From the NCBI GenBank assembly GCA_041658645.1, contig JBAZZV010000010.1, positions 1 through 57,870 on the forward strand: 57,870 nt of DNA, given 5' to 3'. This DNA is from Candidatus Margulisiibacteriota bacterium (GTDB taxonomy: Bacteria; Margulisbacteria; WOR-1; O2-12-FULL-45-9; XYB2-FULL-48-7). The notes under the pieces are model-generated. The model was not told where the DNA came from. It made no database searches and worked only from the letters and a program-made list of their open reading frames with translations. This document shows, in pieces, positions 1 to 9,301 of the stretch. Made by a program: the position numbers and the translations under genes. Each line of letters starts with the position of its first letter. Positions within the stretch are counted from its first letter, which is position 1.

Positions 1-668
1 GCCGCCGCGTAACTTGCGCAATTGTCGTGGATCAGTTTGTTAACCTGGGTCGCGGCTTGGGCGATGTTCGCCGCGGAAAGCGCGTCCCAATTGATCTGGG
101 AGAGAGCGATCTGGCCGCGGAGATTCTCCGGCAGGGCGCTGTTGATCCGCTCCAGTATCCCCTTGATATTGATCTTAAACGACTTATCCTGGGCATAGGC
201 CACCCCGGCCGCGATCGGTCTTTGGCTTTTTTCCAAGGCTTGCTGAAAAGGGACCAGCAAATTGCCGTTCAACAGTCCCAGCACATGGTTCAATTTTACC
301 AAGTCACCGTCATTTTTCTTTGACTTTTCATCGGTCAGACTTTTGATCACTTTTTGCAGGATCCGCTCGATCGGCAGAGCTTCTGCCGCTACTCCGGTTT
401 CCTTAACCAATTCCTTGGTCACTTGGCCCCATACTTCCCAGGCATGGTTATTTAAGCTGCCGGGCTGTCCCGGTTGGCCTAAAATGCTCCTGACCTGCGC
501 GCTAAGATCAACAAAGGTCGATAAAGTAGCAAGCGCCCAGGACATTTCCCCCAGCGTCGCGATCTGGTTGCTGGTCGTGGTGGCTGATTCCGGTAAAGTG
601 GCGCCGGCCGGTACGGCCCGCAGCTTGACCCCACTGGCGCTACATATTGTATTTACATCCATAGTCAT
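1..668 (-). CDS. hypothetical protein. Partial: ATG at ~668, runs off the left edge
   Basis: Translating the minus strand by hand gives an open frame >220 aa (MTMDVNTICSASGVKLRAVPAG...) from ATG ~668 to position 1 with no stop. A GGAGG lies 8 nt upstream. It is missing from the ORF track because it has no in-window stop. Confidence 0.45.
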   Translation of the reverse strand, partial: MTMDVNTICSASGVKLRAVPAGATLPESATTTSNQIATLGEMSWALATLSTFVDLSAQVRSILGQPGQPGSLNNHAWEVWGQVTKELVKETGVAAEALPIERILQKVIKSLTDEKSKKNDGDLVKLNHVLGLLNGNLLVPFQQALEKSQRPIAAGVAYAQDKSFKINIKGILERINSALPENLRGQIALSQINWDALSAANIAQAATQVNKLIHDNCASYAA

Positions 669-682
669 GATCTTTTGCCTCC

Positions 683-1405
683 TTAAGGTATTGGAATAAC
701 CACAGTAGGTGCCGCGGTGGCTGGCGGCTTGCTGGTCCCGCTAGCTTTAGTCCACGGCTGCTGCTTGCCCGTCCCTGTTGGGCTGGTTGGCGTAGGTTTG
801 GTTGAGCTAGCTTCCGGTTTAGCGGATGTTTCCGGCGCGGCGGAAGTTTCCGGCTTGGCGCTGGCGTCTGCCTGGGGAACCGGAGCCTGGGTCGACGCTG
901 GAACCGGGATGGGGGTCATGGTGATCGGGCAAATAGTGATCGGGGTCGGGGTCGGAATAAATATTTCCGTACCAGAGGCGGCCCAAGCGAATAACCGATG
1001 GTCAACCCCCTTGGGGGTCGTGCTGTTGACCGAGAGGATCCAGCCAATATCTCCCTTGAGATGCTTTTCATTCGCCGCCCGCAAGGCCTGGGCGGTCGTC
1101 GTAATAGCCTCCGCACTCGGCGCCGCTTCTCCGCAATACTCGATCGAGACCTGACGGGCAGCCAGCTCCCAGCTCTCCTCCGCCGCGTCATTGAGGTAAA
1201 AATGGACCCCTGGCTGCTGGGTCGGCCGTTGGGCCGAGGCTGAAGTACAATCGAGCGGGGACGGCACCGGGGTGAAAATAAAGCCGGCGATCTCGTCCCA
1301 GACGGAATCAGCGCTCTTCGCCGGCCGGCCGCTAGCCGCCGCACTGACTATAGACTTAACCGTATTATAGAGCGAACTTATCCCTGTTATTGACATAACG
1401 ATCAA
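683..1405 (-). CDS. hypothetical protein with a Pro/Thr/Ala-rich low-complexity C-terminal region
   Basis: 240-aa ORF. Its C-terminal ~90 aa are PT-rich linker-like (TPTPITICPITMTPIPVPASTQAPVPQ...). It is co-directional with, and 12 nt upstream of, the next CDS. Confidence 0.4.
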   Translation of the reverse strand: MIVMSITGISSLYNTVKSIVSAAASGRPAKSADSVWDEIAGFIFTPVPSPLDCTSASAQRPTQQPGVHFYLNDAAEESWELAARQVSIEYCGEAAPSAEAITTTAQALRAANEKHLKGDIGWILSVNSTTPKGVDHRLFAWAASGTEIFIPTPTPITICPITMTPIPVPASTQAPVPQADASAKPETSAAPETSAKPEASSTKPTPTSPTGTGKQQPWTKASGTSKPPATAAPTVVIPIP

Positions 1406-1472
1406 ATGGTTATCGGCCCCTCAGCCGGGAAATTTCACTTTTTTTATCATTTGTGCTACAATCACTATAATC

Positions 1473-2810
1473 ATGGTCAGGATCTTCCCTTTTCGGGGCA
1501 TTTTCTACAATACAAAAAAGATCAAGCACCTCTCCAAAGTCACCTCCCCCCCCTATGACATCATCAGCCCGGAACAGCAGGGCGAGCTGTATAAGCTAAG
1601 CGATTTCAATTTTGTCCGGATGATCCTGGGGAAGGAATTCAGCGGCGACGGGCCGTATAACAACCGCTATGTCCGGGCGGCCGCCTTCCTCGACGGCTGG
1701 CTCCGCCACAAGATCATGCTCCAGGATGACGAGCCGGCCTTTTACCTTTATGAGCAGATCTTCAGTTGCCAGGGGAAAAAATACGTCCGGATCGGCTTTT
1801 TCGGTATCCTCCGCCTGGAGGACAGCGGCCGCGCCAAGGTCCATCCCCACGAGGAAACCTACCCCAAAGCCAAGCTCGACCGCCTCAATCTAATGAGAGC
1901 GACCCATGCCAATCTCGACTCGGTCTTCTCGTTCTACTCCGATCCGAAAGAGAAGATCATCAAGACCCTCAAACCCTTTATGAAGCGCAAGCCGCTACTC
2001 GAGGTCCGGGACCGCGACAATGTCGTCCACCGGGTCTGGCGGGTGGATAAAAAGGCCGCGATCAGCCGGATCATGCTGGAGATGAAAGACAAGCCGGCTT
2101 TCATCGCCGACGGCCATCATCGTTTCGAGGCGGCGATCCGCTACAAGAACGAGCTGAAGCTCCGCAACACCAAGTTCTCCGAAGACGAGTCTTATAACCA
2201 TGTTTTAATGTATTTCACCCCGATCGAAGGGAAAGGTTTGGCGGTCCTGCCGATCCACCGGGTGATCAGCAATGTCGCCTATTTCGACTCGCTCCACTTT
2301 GAGCAAGATTTGGCTAGTTATTACGATGTTGTCCCCTACCCGGCCGGCAAAAAGAGCTCCGAAGCTGTGCGGAAAAAGCTGATGAAAGACCTGGCCAAGG
2401 CGGGTGAGACCAAACACGCGTTCGGCCTCTATCTGGGGAACTACCGCTACTTCCTGCTGACCTTGCGGGACGAGGCAAGCATTGACGAGATGGTCGCCGA
2501 GGAAAAGCCAAAGGCCTGGAAGCATCTGGACGTGACCATCCTCCACTACACCATCTTTGAGCGGCTGCTCAATATCGCTAACGAGACCGAGGACAAGGTC
2601 ACCTACTTCAAGAACGACCTCGACGCGATCAAGGCGGCCGATGAGCCCGGGGCCAACTTCGCTATTCTCCTCAACGGGACGAAGGTCGAGGAGATCATTG
2701 CCGTGGCCGGCGAGCTGGAGAAAATGCCGCACAAGTCGACCTATTTTTACCCCAAGCTCCTCTCCGGCCTGATCGTTAACCGCTTAGAGCACGGCGAAAA
2801 AGTGAAGTGA
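1473..2810 (+). CDS. DUF1015 family protein
   Basis: 445 aa. Begins MVRIFPFRGIFYN...SPPYDIIS and contains ADGHHRFEAA, both typical of DUF1015. A TACAAT/TATAAT box lies immediately upstream. Confidence 0.65.
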   Translation: MVRIFPFRGIFYNTKKIKHLSKVTSPPYDIISPEQQGELYKLSDFNFVRMILGKEFSGDGPYNNRYVRAAAFLDGWLRHKIMLQDDEPAFYLYEQIFSCQGKKYVRIGFFGILRLEDSGRAKVHPHEETYPKAKLDRLNLMRATHANLDSVFSFYSDPKEKIIKTLKPFMKRKPLLEVRDRDNVVHRVWRVDKKAAISRIMLEMKDKPAFIADGHHRFEAAIRYKNELKLRNTKFSEDESYNHVLMYFTPIEGKGLAVLPIHRVISNVAYFDSLHFEQDLASYYDVVPYPAGKKSSEAVRKKLMKDLAKAGETKHAFGLYLGNYRYFLLTLRDEASIDEMVAEEKPKAWKHLDVTILHYTIFERLLNIANETEDKVTYFKNDLDAIKAADEPGANFAILLNGTKVEEIIAVAGELEKMPHKSTYFYPKLLSGLIVNRLEHGEKVK

Positions 2811-3367
2811 TCATTCTCGCCTCCGCCTCACCCCGCCGCCGCCAATTACTTCGCCGGCTGGTCAAACATTTCCGGGTCATCCCCAGCCGGGTCGATGAAG
2901 GGAAAATAACCGCGGCCAATCCTCCCCGCCTGGCCGAAAAGACCGCCCGCGCCAAGTGCGCCGAAGTGGCCGACCGTTACCCCACCGCAGTCGTCATCGG
3001 AGCAGATACGATCGTCGTCCTTGGCCAGACTATTCTGGGCAAACCAGGGAGCCAGAAAGAGGCCAGCTCCATGCTCACCCGGCTCTCCGGCCGGACCCAC
3101 CTTGTCATTACCGGTCTGGCGGTCTACGACCCCTCAAGCGGCAAGATCAATTCAACGCGAGAGATCACTTATGTGAAGATGAAAAAGGTTGGTAAAACCG
3201 AAATAATGGCCTATGTCAAAAGCGGCCGGCCGCTGGATAAAGCGGGTGGTTATGGTATCCAGGAGATCGAGAAAATCTTCATCGAAAGAATAAAAGGCGA
3301 TTATGACAATGTGGTCGGGCTACCCCTGCTGACCCTCCAGAAACTCCTCAAGCCAATATTGAAATAA
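2807..3367 (+). CDS. maf: Maf-like nucleoside triphosphate pyrophosphatase
   Basis: ILASASPRRRQLL...VIGADTIVVLGQTILGKP...GRTHLVITGLAV motifs. Start overlaps the DUF1015 stop. Confidence 0.9.
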   Translation: MIILASASPRRRQLLRRLVKHFRVIPSRVDEGKITAANPPRLAEKTARAKCAEVADRYPTAVVIGADTIVVLGQTILGKPGSQKEASSMLTRLSGRTHLVITGLAVYDPSSGKINSTREITYVKMKKVGKTEIMAYVKSGRPLDKAGGYGIQEIEKIFIERIKGDYDNVVGLPLLTLQKLLKPILK

Positions 3368-3585
3368 CTGTCCCGACGACATTAGTATATCAAATATGTC
3401 CCGACGGTCATAATGGTCGAATAATAATGGAATCGTCGGGATCCCGGTTCGGCGAAGCCGACATCGGGATAATGTCGGGATCCCGATTTCCGCCGCAGGC
3501 GGAACATCGGGAAATTTTCCGCTGAAACCTGCCGATATATATATGTAGGGAGCCATACCTATCACCGACTGTCGAGACAAGTAAA

Positions 3586-3611
3586 CCGGAGAGCCTGTTC
3601 TCCGGTTTTTT
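3586..3611 (+). terminator. Rho-independent terminator after maf
   Basis: ccggagaGCCTGTTctccgg followed by tttttt. Confidence 0.65.
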
Positions 3612-3673
3612 GTTGGGCTTTTCGACGCCCACCCCATCTTGCGTCAATTGGAACACGGCGATAAAGTTAAGAC

Positions 3674-4216
3674 TTAATCAACCATAAATCCAATCCGTTT
3701 TTTTGATCTTTCAGTAGGAATTATTAGCGCTCTGATTGCATCAAAAACAATCTTGAATTGTTTGTCATATTTTCCTTCCAGCTCCTCGATCTTTCTTAAA
3801 ACATCTTTATGAGAAGACACCAATTCGCGCAACTTCACAAATGTATTAATTATTAAGATGTTAACTTGTATTGCCCTCTTACTATTTAGAACGGAAGAAA
3901 GCATCGCCACGCCCTGCTCCGTAAAGACATAAGGCAGTCTATAAGAATATTTCAACTCTTTGAGGTGGTCACAAATTGTGACCACCTCCGCTTTTTCCTT
4001 TTTGCTTAATTGGAACATAAATCCCTCCGGGAAACGATCTTGATTCCGTTTAACGGCTTGATTTAAGACCTTAGTTTCAACCTGGTAAAGTTCAGCCAAA
4101 TCTCTGTCAATCATCACTTTTCGCCCTCTTATTAAGTAGATCGCCTTTTCAATCCTTTCCGCTGGAATAATATTTGCCATGAATTCTCCCTCCACAATGT
4201 AAATTAGCGCCCTCAT
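3674..4216 (-). CDS. ORF6N (KilA-N-like) domain protein. Probable start at [23 protein letters not shown] (~4180)
   Basis: [42 protein letters not shown]...[17 protein letters not shown] matches the ORF6N family. The central segment [15 protein letters not shown] appears frame-shifted relative to the family consensus (SQF.TSSW..RR) over a 27-bp palindrome. Confidence 0.7.
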   Translation of the reverse strand: MRALIYIVEGEFMANIIPAERIEKAIYLIRGRKVMIDRDLAELYQVETKVLNQAVKRNQDRFPEGFMFQLSKKEKAEVVTICDHLKELKYSYRLPYVFTEQGVAMLSSVLNSKRAIQVNILIINTFVKLRELVSSHKDVLRKIEELEGKYDKQFKIVFDAIRALIIPTERSKKRIGFMVD

Positions 4217-4500
4217 CCTTTATTCGCGAAGGAGCTAAAGCAATTGAAAACACGCGGTAAGTAGCGACGACCTCTCCAACTTGAGGTCACAAATTGTGAT
4301 CTCAAGATTTCTGCTTCTTGAGCGCTCAATTTGAACATAAAATCGATTGGGAACCGCTCCAGATTTCTTTTTACTGTTTGAGTTAATACTCTAGTTTTTA
4401 CTCCATATAACTCGGCAAGGTCATTATCTAACATTACTTTTTACTTTCTAATTAAATATATTGCTTTTTCAATCCTCTCCGTTGGGATAATACTTACCAT
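4213..4500 (-). pseudogene. disrupted tandem partial duplicate of the ORF6N gene
   Basis: The minus strand reads [19 protein letters not shown], then a stop. It resumes as [63 protein letters not shown] and then fuses to the start region of the intact copy. A third ~40-bp remnant (LRAQFGTSS) with the same RBS/start motif lies at ~4500-4600. Confidence 0.55.
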
Positions 4501-4864
4501 CAATTCACTCTCCTCATATTAAAGTAGCGCCCGCCTCAACTTGAGGTTCCAAATTGGGCCCTCAAGTTATCACTTACTGGAACCTGCGACTGAACGTCGC
4601 GGCTCCAATTATATTCTTTTTATGCGAGGAAACCGCGAAGTTTATTCGCAGGTTTCCGAGCAATAGTTAGTAGCAATAACACAGTCTCGCCAGGCTGACC
4701 AAAGCCAGATATTTCCGCCCCCAGCAGGAACGCTTGTCCGACACCATCCGTTTCAATCTTCTGATGCTTTTATCTTTTTCTCTATCCGTCATCTCGTTCA
4801 CCACCTTTCATTGTAAACACCGGGGGACTCCCTGATTTGACCCAGGGAGCCCCCGGCGCAGCCA

Positions 4865-5119
4865 TTACGCCACTACCAGCGCGGCTTCCTGCAGGACATT
4901 AAGCAGTTCGCCCAGTTTGTTCTGAAAAACCATGATGCTGGACTTCTCAAACTTGTTATCCGCGACCAGCCGGCTCTCGGTCAGCATTATATAGCGGGTA
5001 TCGTTCTTGGCCGCCCGGACCGACACAAAATAGGTCCGGCGCCCGGCTTTTACCATCCGTTTGAACAACTCTTTGCTTCCGATCGACTCCGTCTTCGTTT
5101 CTGTTTCCATCTCTCTCAC
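4865..5119 (-). CDS. DUF3276 (PUR-alpha-like) family protein
   Basis: ELFKRMVKAGRRTYFVSVRAAKNDTRYIMLTESR resembles the Bacteroidetes-type DUF3276 pattern (RTYFFDVK...YL.ITES). A GC-rich hairpin lies just past the stop (4820-4858). Confidence 0.5.
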   Translation of the reverse strand: MREMETETKTESIGSKELFKRMVKAGRRTYFVSVRAAKNDTRYIMLTESRLVADNKFEKSSIMVFQNKLGELLNVLQEAALVVA

Positions 5120-5145
5120 CTCCTTCTTTCTTAATCCGTCTTCCG

Positions 5146-5277
5146 TCAGTTAACCTTTTCGTAACTGATGATCCGCTCCTTCAACCAATTCCAGCGCAAC
5201 CAAGCTTGCAGCTCGTCCGACTTCATAAAGATCTCGCGCACACAGTTAAACGGCAGATGATACACCACTCTATACAT
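5146..5277 (-). CDS. small hypothetical protein (MYRVVYHLPFNCVREIFMKSDELQAWLRWNWLKERIISYEKVN)
   Basis: The ORF track gives 5146..5328. A GGAGGTGAGGGGA RBS precedes the internal Met at ~5277, and that start overlaps the comM stop. Confidence 0.3.
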   Translation of the reverse strand: MYRVVYHLPFNCVREIFMKSDELQAWLRWNWLKERIISYEKVN

Positions 5278-6826
5278 TCCCCTCACCTCCCCAACGGTCC
5301 AATGTCCTGTATTGTGTCGCCTCGGCAATATGCCGCGCCTGGATAGTGTCCGTCCCTTCCAGGTCGGCGATCGTGCGGGAAACTTTAAGTATCCGGTCGT
5401 AAGCCCGGCCGCTCAAGCGAAGATGGAGAATAGCTGATTTAAGGAGATTTTCGGCTTCGGGATCGAGTTGGCAAAACGCTTTCATCTGCTTCGGGGTCAT
5501 CCGGGCATTGCAATGAACTTCCGTCCCTTTGAAGCGCGCTTGCTGGGTCAGCCTTGCCTGACTGACCCGCTCCCGGACCAGCTTAGAACTCTCCCCTTCC
5601 GGCTGGGCCGCCAGTTCCTCTTGCTTCAAGCGGGGAACTTCAATGTGCAGATCGATCCTGTCCAGAAGAGGCCCGGAGAGTTTCCCCCAATAATTTTTGA
5701 CCCGGTACGGCGGACAGACGCACTTTTTCACCGGGTCGAGATAATTGCCGCAGGGACAAGGGTTCATCGCCGCCACCAGCATGAACTGGGCAGGGTAAGT
5801 TATGGTCGAATGGGCCCGGGAGATGGTCACCTGGCCATCCTCGAGCGGTTGGCGCAAAACCTCCAGCACCTCGCGCTCAAACTCCGGGAATTCATCCAGG
5901 AAAAGGACGCCTAAATGAGCCAGCGAGACCTCACCCGGCCGGGGGATCCGCCCGCCCCCGATCACCCCAATATCGGAGGTGGTGTGGTGGGGAGAACGAA
6001 AGGGCCGGGTAGTTATCAAAGCGTGCTTGCCGTCAAGCAGGCCGGTCACGGAATAGAGCTTGGTCACCTCGAGGGCTTCGGAGATCGAGAGTGGCGGCAG
6101 GATGGTCGGCAGGCGGCGCGCCAGCATCGTTTTACCGGAACCGGGGGAGCCGACCAGGAGCACGTTGTGTCCACCGGCCGCCGCCACTTCCAACGCCCGC
6201 TTCACGTGCCCCTGGCCTTTGACATCGGCAAAATCGAGGTCATATTCCGGCTCCGGCGGAAAGAGGGCGGCAATATCCACCTGGTGCGGAACGATCGTCT
6301 TCAGACCACTAATATGGTCGACTGCTTCCCGTAAGTTCGCGACCGGCAAGACGGCCAAGCCTTCGACCAGCGCCGCTTCGTCCGCGTTCTCCCGGGCGAC
6401 CATGACCTGTTTCTTCCCCTCTTGCTTTAACGACAGGCAGATCGGCAGGAGGCCGTTGATCCCACGGACCGAGCCATCAAGCGATAATTCGCCGAGGACG
6501 ACCGTTCCGTTCAGTTGCGTCGTCTTGACCTGTTCGGAAACAGCCAGCATGCCGAGGGCGATCGGCAGGTCGTAGAGCGGCCCCTCTTTTTTGGTATCGG
6601 CCGGAGCGAGGTTGATCGTAAAGTAACCGCCGGGGAATTCAAAACCGGAGTTCTCGATCGCCGCCCGGACCCGGTCGCGTGATTCACGGACCGAGGCGTC
6701 CGGCAAGCCGACGATCGATTGTCCCGGCAAACCTTTTTGCGCGTCGACCTCGACTTCAATTAAATAAGCTTCTAACCCAAGGAGCGCCGCGGAATCAATT
6801 TTAACTAACACCCATTCCCTCCCCAC
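5270..6826 (-). CDS. comM: YifB/ComM family Mg-chelatase-like AAA+ ATPase
   Basis: N-terminal Lon-like domain, Walker A LLVGSPGSGKTML, and a C-terminal Mg-chelatase subunit ChlI-like region. Confidence 0.9.
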   Translation of the reverse strand: MGREWVLVKIDSAALLGLEAYLIEVEVDAQKGLPGQSIVGLPDASVRESRDRVRAAIENSGFEFPGGYFTINLAPADTKKEGPLYDLPIALGMLAVSEQVKTTQLNGTVVLGELSLDGSVRGINGLLPICLSLKQEGKKQVMVARENADEAALVEGLAVLPVANLREAVDHISGLKTIVPHQVDIAALFPPEPEYDLDFADVKGQGHVKRALEVAAAGGHNVLLVGSPGSGKTMLARRLPTILPPLSISEALEVTKLYSVTGLLDGKHALITTRPFRSPHHTTSDIGVIGGGRIPRPGEVSLAHLGVLFLDEFPEFEREVLEVLRQPLEDGQVTISRAHSTITYPAQFMLVAAMNPCPCGNYLDPVKKCVCPPYRVKNYWGKLSGPLLDRIDLHIEVPRLKQEELAAQPEGESSKLVRERVSQARLTQQARFKGTEVHCNARMTPKQMKAFCQLDPEAENLLKSAILHLRLSGRAYDRILKVSRTIADLEGTDTIQARHIAEATQYRTLDRWGGEGNV

Positions 6827-6837
6827 AACCCGACCAT

Positions 6838-7206
6838 TTAATTAATGGCAAAGGCATTTTTGTACAACTCGATCGCCCTAGAGCCGTCCGGCTGGCGGTA
6901 GATCGTGATCACGTCAAAGCGGCAATTCGTGCCGACAATGCGCTTTCTATATATGAAGGTGCGAGCGGCGTGGATGATGCTGCGGCGCTTGTTCCGGTTG
7001 ACCGCGCTAAGCGGGGCCCCATAACTGCGGGCGGAATAGTTTTTGACTTCAACAAAAACGAGGTCGTCACCTTCGCGGGCAATGAGGTCGATCTCACCTT
7101 GCTGGGAACGGAAGTTCCTTTCAACGATCTCATAACCTTGCTGGCTTAAATAGCGTTCCGCTATCTCTTCTCCCGCTAACCCCTGCCGATAACTTTCCAT
7201 CCCCAT
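6838..7206 (-). CDS. yraN: YraN family (UPF0102) endonuclease-like protein
   Basis: GEEIAERYLSQQGYEIVERNFRSQQGEIDLIAREGDDLVFVEVK is the typical YraN pattern. Confidence 0.85.
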   Translation of the reverse strand: MGMESYRQGLAGEEIAERYLSQQGYEIVERNFRSQQGEIDLIAREGDDLVFVEVKNYSARSYGAPLSAVNRNKRRSIIHAARTFIYRKRIVGTNCRFDVITIYRQPDGSRAIELYKNAFAIN

Positions 7207-7358
7207 GACGGTAGGGATTAAGCAAACTTATTACCAGCTACAGCCCGAATTCTCTAATTTAGGCCCTAATGCTCTAATATTTATTGATCTATTAGGATAT
7301 TCGTACCCACATATTCGAGCATTCGAGTGGTATAGTCCGACGAAAAATCGCCGGTGGC

Positions 7359-7411
7359 GAAAAAAAACAGCCCCCTGTCTTCCGCCGGACTTTCAGGAAA
7401 ACAGGAGGCTG
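7359..7411 (-). terminator. Rho-independent terminator downstream of hup
   Basis: The minus-strand RNA folds as CAGCCTCCTGT...ACAGGGGGCTG followed by UUUUUUUU. Confidence 0.6.
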
Positions 7412-7417
7412 CGGGGA

Positions 7418-7699
7418 CTAATTGATCTGGTCAAAAAGGCGCTGGCCGGTCGAGAACTTGATGACATTGCGGGCCGGGATGGTCAGCTCCTTACCGGTCT
7501 GGGGATTGCGCCCCGGGCGGGCTTTCCGTTTCAGTTTCCGCCAGGAGCCGAAACCGACCAGGCGGACCTCCTGCCCCTTTTTCAGGGACGATTCGATCGA
7601 ATTGAAAGTGGAATCAAGGATCGCCATGATCTTGGTCTTCGACATCTTGGTCTGCTTGGCGACCTGGTTGCAGAGTTCTTGTTTGTTCACGTCGTTCAC
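7418..7699 (-). CDS. hup: HU family DNA-binding protein
   Basis: MNDVNKQELCNQVAKQTKMSKTKIMAILD...RLVGFGSWRKLKRKARPGRNPQTGKELTIPARNVIKFSTGQ. Confidence 0.9.
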   Translation of the reverse strand: MNDVNKQELCNQVAKQTKMSKTKIMAILDSTFNSIESSLKKGQEVRLVGFGSWRKLKRKARPGRNPQTGKELTIPARNVIKFSTGQRLFDQIN

Positions 7700-7759
7700 C
7701 TCCCCCGGATAATTATTTATGGCGATTATAGCAACGCGTCGAGTTGAATGTCAAGCCAG

Positions 7760-8365
7760 TCAAGGGAGAGCGGAGAGCGGGTAAAATGAGCGCCGGTGGA
7801 TCGGACAGGGGCCGCAGCGCGCCAGGGCGAGCAAATGCCTCCGGGTGCCGTAACCCTTGTGCCGGTCAAAACCATATTCCGGATAACGTAAATGATATTC
7901 TGCCATCAGCCGGTCGCGCGTCACTTTAGCCATGACCGAAGCGGCGGCGATCGAGGTGCTCCGGCCGTCCCCCCCGTTGATCCCCATCTGCGGCAGGGAG
8001 AGCGCGACCCGGTAGCGGCCGCCATCGAGCAACAGATACTCCGGCTTGATCTTGAGCTTAAGGACTGCCAGCTCCATCACCAACAGGTTGGCGCGGCCGA
8101 TATTAATTTTATCGATCTGGCGATGGCCGACTGCGGCCAGACCGATCGCGATCGCTTGGCGTTTGATCTCCACGAATAATCTTTCGCGCTGTAGAGGGGT
8201 CAGTTTTTTAGAATCATCCAGGCCGGGGAGGCGGCAACTAAGCGGCAGAATGACTGCGGCCGCGACGATCGGTCCGGCCAGTGGCCCGCGGCCGGCTTCG
8301 TCCACGCCGGCGATCAATTTAAACCCCTGGCGCTGGAGCCTTTTTTCGAAAACTAACGAGGGCAT
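7760..8365 (-). CDS. rnhB: ribonuclease HII
   Basis: LIAGVDEAGRGPLAGPIVAAAVIL...DDSKKLTP...LLLDG motifs. Confidence 0.9.
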   Translation of the reverse strand: MPSLVFEKRLQRQGFKLIAGVDEAGRGPLAGPIVAAAVILPLSCRLPGLDDSKKLTPLQRERLFVEIKRQAIAIGLAAVGHRQIDKINIGRANLLVMELAVLKLKIKPEYLLLDGGRYRVALSLPQMGINGGDGRSTSIAAASVMAKVTRDRLMAEYHLRYPEYGFDRHKGYGTRRHLLALARCGPCPIHRRSFYPLSALP

Positions 8366-8379
8366 CGGCCCTTATTATA

Positions 8380-8931
8380 CTAGATGAGGCCAGACTTGGA
8401 CAGCGGCCAAATGCGGAGAAAAGCGGGGCCGATCAGGTTCTTTTTCGGGAGGAAACCCCAGTAACGGCTGTCAGCCGAGGCGGGGCGGTTGTCACCCATG
8501 ACGAAATACGAGTCGGACGGGATGGTGACCGGACCGAAATTAGCGTAATCCTGGTTCATGGTGTGCGTTTCGACCAACGGTTGGCCGTTGATATTGATCA
8601 CGCCATCCTTGATCACCAGCGTCTCCCCCGGCAAACCGATCAGCCGCTTGATCAGGTCCTTTTTCTGCAGGCTGGTATCGGACACGCCGCGGAAAACAAC
8701 GGTCTCCAGGCGCTGGGGGGCGCGGAAATGATAAATGACCTTGTTGACCACGATCCGGTCATTGATGTCGAGGGTCGGCTCCATTGAACCGGAGGGAATC
8801 CAGAAAACTTGGAGAAAAAACGCCCGGATGACCAAAGCGAGGGCTAGGGCGACAACGATCGTCTCAGTCCAGTCTAATAACCAGTGCTTAAACCGCAACA
8901 TCAGTTGGAGCCTGTTGTCCGGCTTCTTCAA
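8380..8931 (-). CDS. lepB: signal peptidase I
   Basis: N-terminal TM segment, SGSMEPTL (Ser box) and GDNRPASADSRYWGF. Confidence 0.9.
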   Translation of the reverse strand: MKKPDNRLQLMLRFKHWLLDWTETIVVALALALVIRAFFLQVFWIPSGSMEPTLDINDRIVVNKVIYHFRAPQRLETVVFRGVSDTSLQKKDLIKRLIGLPGETLVIKDGVININGQPLVETHTMNQDYANFGPVTIPSDSYFVMGDNRPASADSRYWGFLPKKNLIGPAFLRIWPLSKSGLI

Positions 8932-9259
8932 TGCGAGTAGCGCGGCTGCCGATCCTCTTCCTCATATAATAAAGCTTGGCGCGGCGAACCTTGCCGCTTT
9001 TCAAAATTTCGACACGTTCAATTTTCGGCGAATAGAGTGGGAAAGTTCTCTCTACCCCTACCCCCTGGACCAGCTTGCGGACGGTAAAATTGACGCGGAC
9101 ACCGGCCCCGCCTCGTTTGATGACGATCCCCTCAAAGCCCTGGACCCGCTCTTTGCTCCCCTCAATGATCTTGGAGAAGACCTTAACTGTGTCTCCAGGC
9201 TTAAAAGCCGGTAACTTGCGTTTCATCTGTGACTGTTCGATATCTTCAATAACGCCCAT
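8888..9259 (-). CDS. rplS: 50S ribosomal protein L19
   Basis: LPAFKPGDTVKVFSKIIEGSKERVQGFEGIVIKRGGAGVRVNFTVRK. Confidence 0.9.
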   Translation of the reverse strand: MGVIEDIEQSQMKRKLPAFKPGDTVKVFSKIIEGSKERVQGFEGIVIKRGGAGVRVNFTVRKLVQGVGVERTFPLYSPKIERVEILKSGKVRRAKLYYMRKRIGSRATRIEEAGQQAPTDVAV

Positions 9260-9301
9260 AACAAAAGCTCCTTAAATAAAACTGGTGGTAAATCGACAGG
9301 T

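Noticed and set aside
27-699. Plus-strand ORFs 27..323 and 262..699
   Set aside because: They lie antisense to a long, RBS-preceded minus-strand reading frame that runs off the left edge. Their compositions look like shadow ORFs.
4600-4860. Hairpins GGAAACC...GGTTTCC (~4618-4650) and CCGGGGGACTCCCTG...CAGGGAGCCCCCGG (~4822-4858)
   Set aside because: They are real inverted repeats, probably transcript-end structures for the minus-strand DUF3276 and comM genes. The second one lacks a U-tract, so I did not record them as terminators with confidence.
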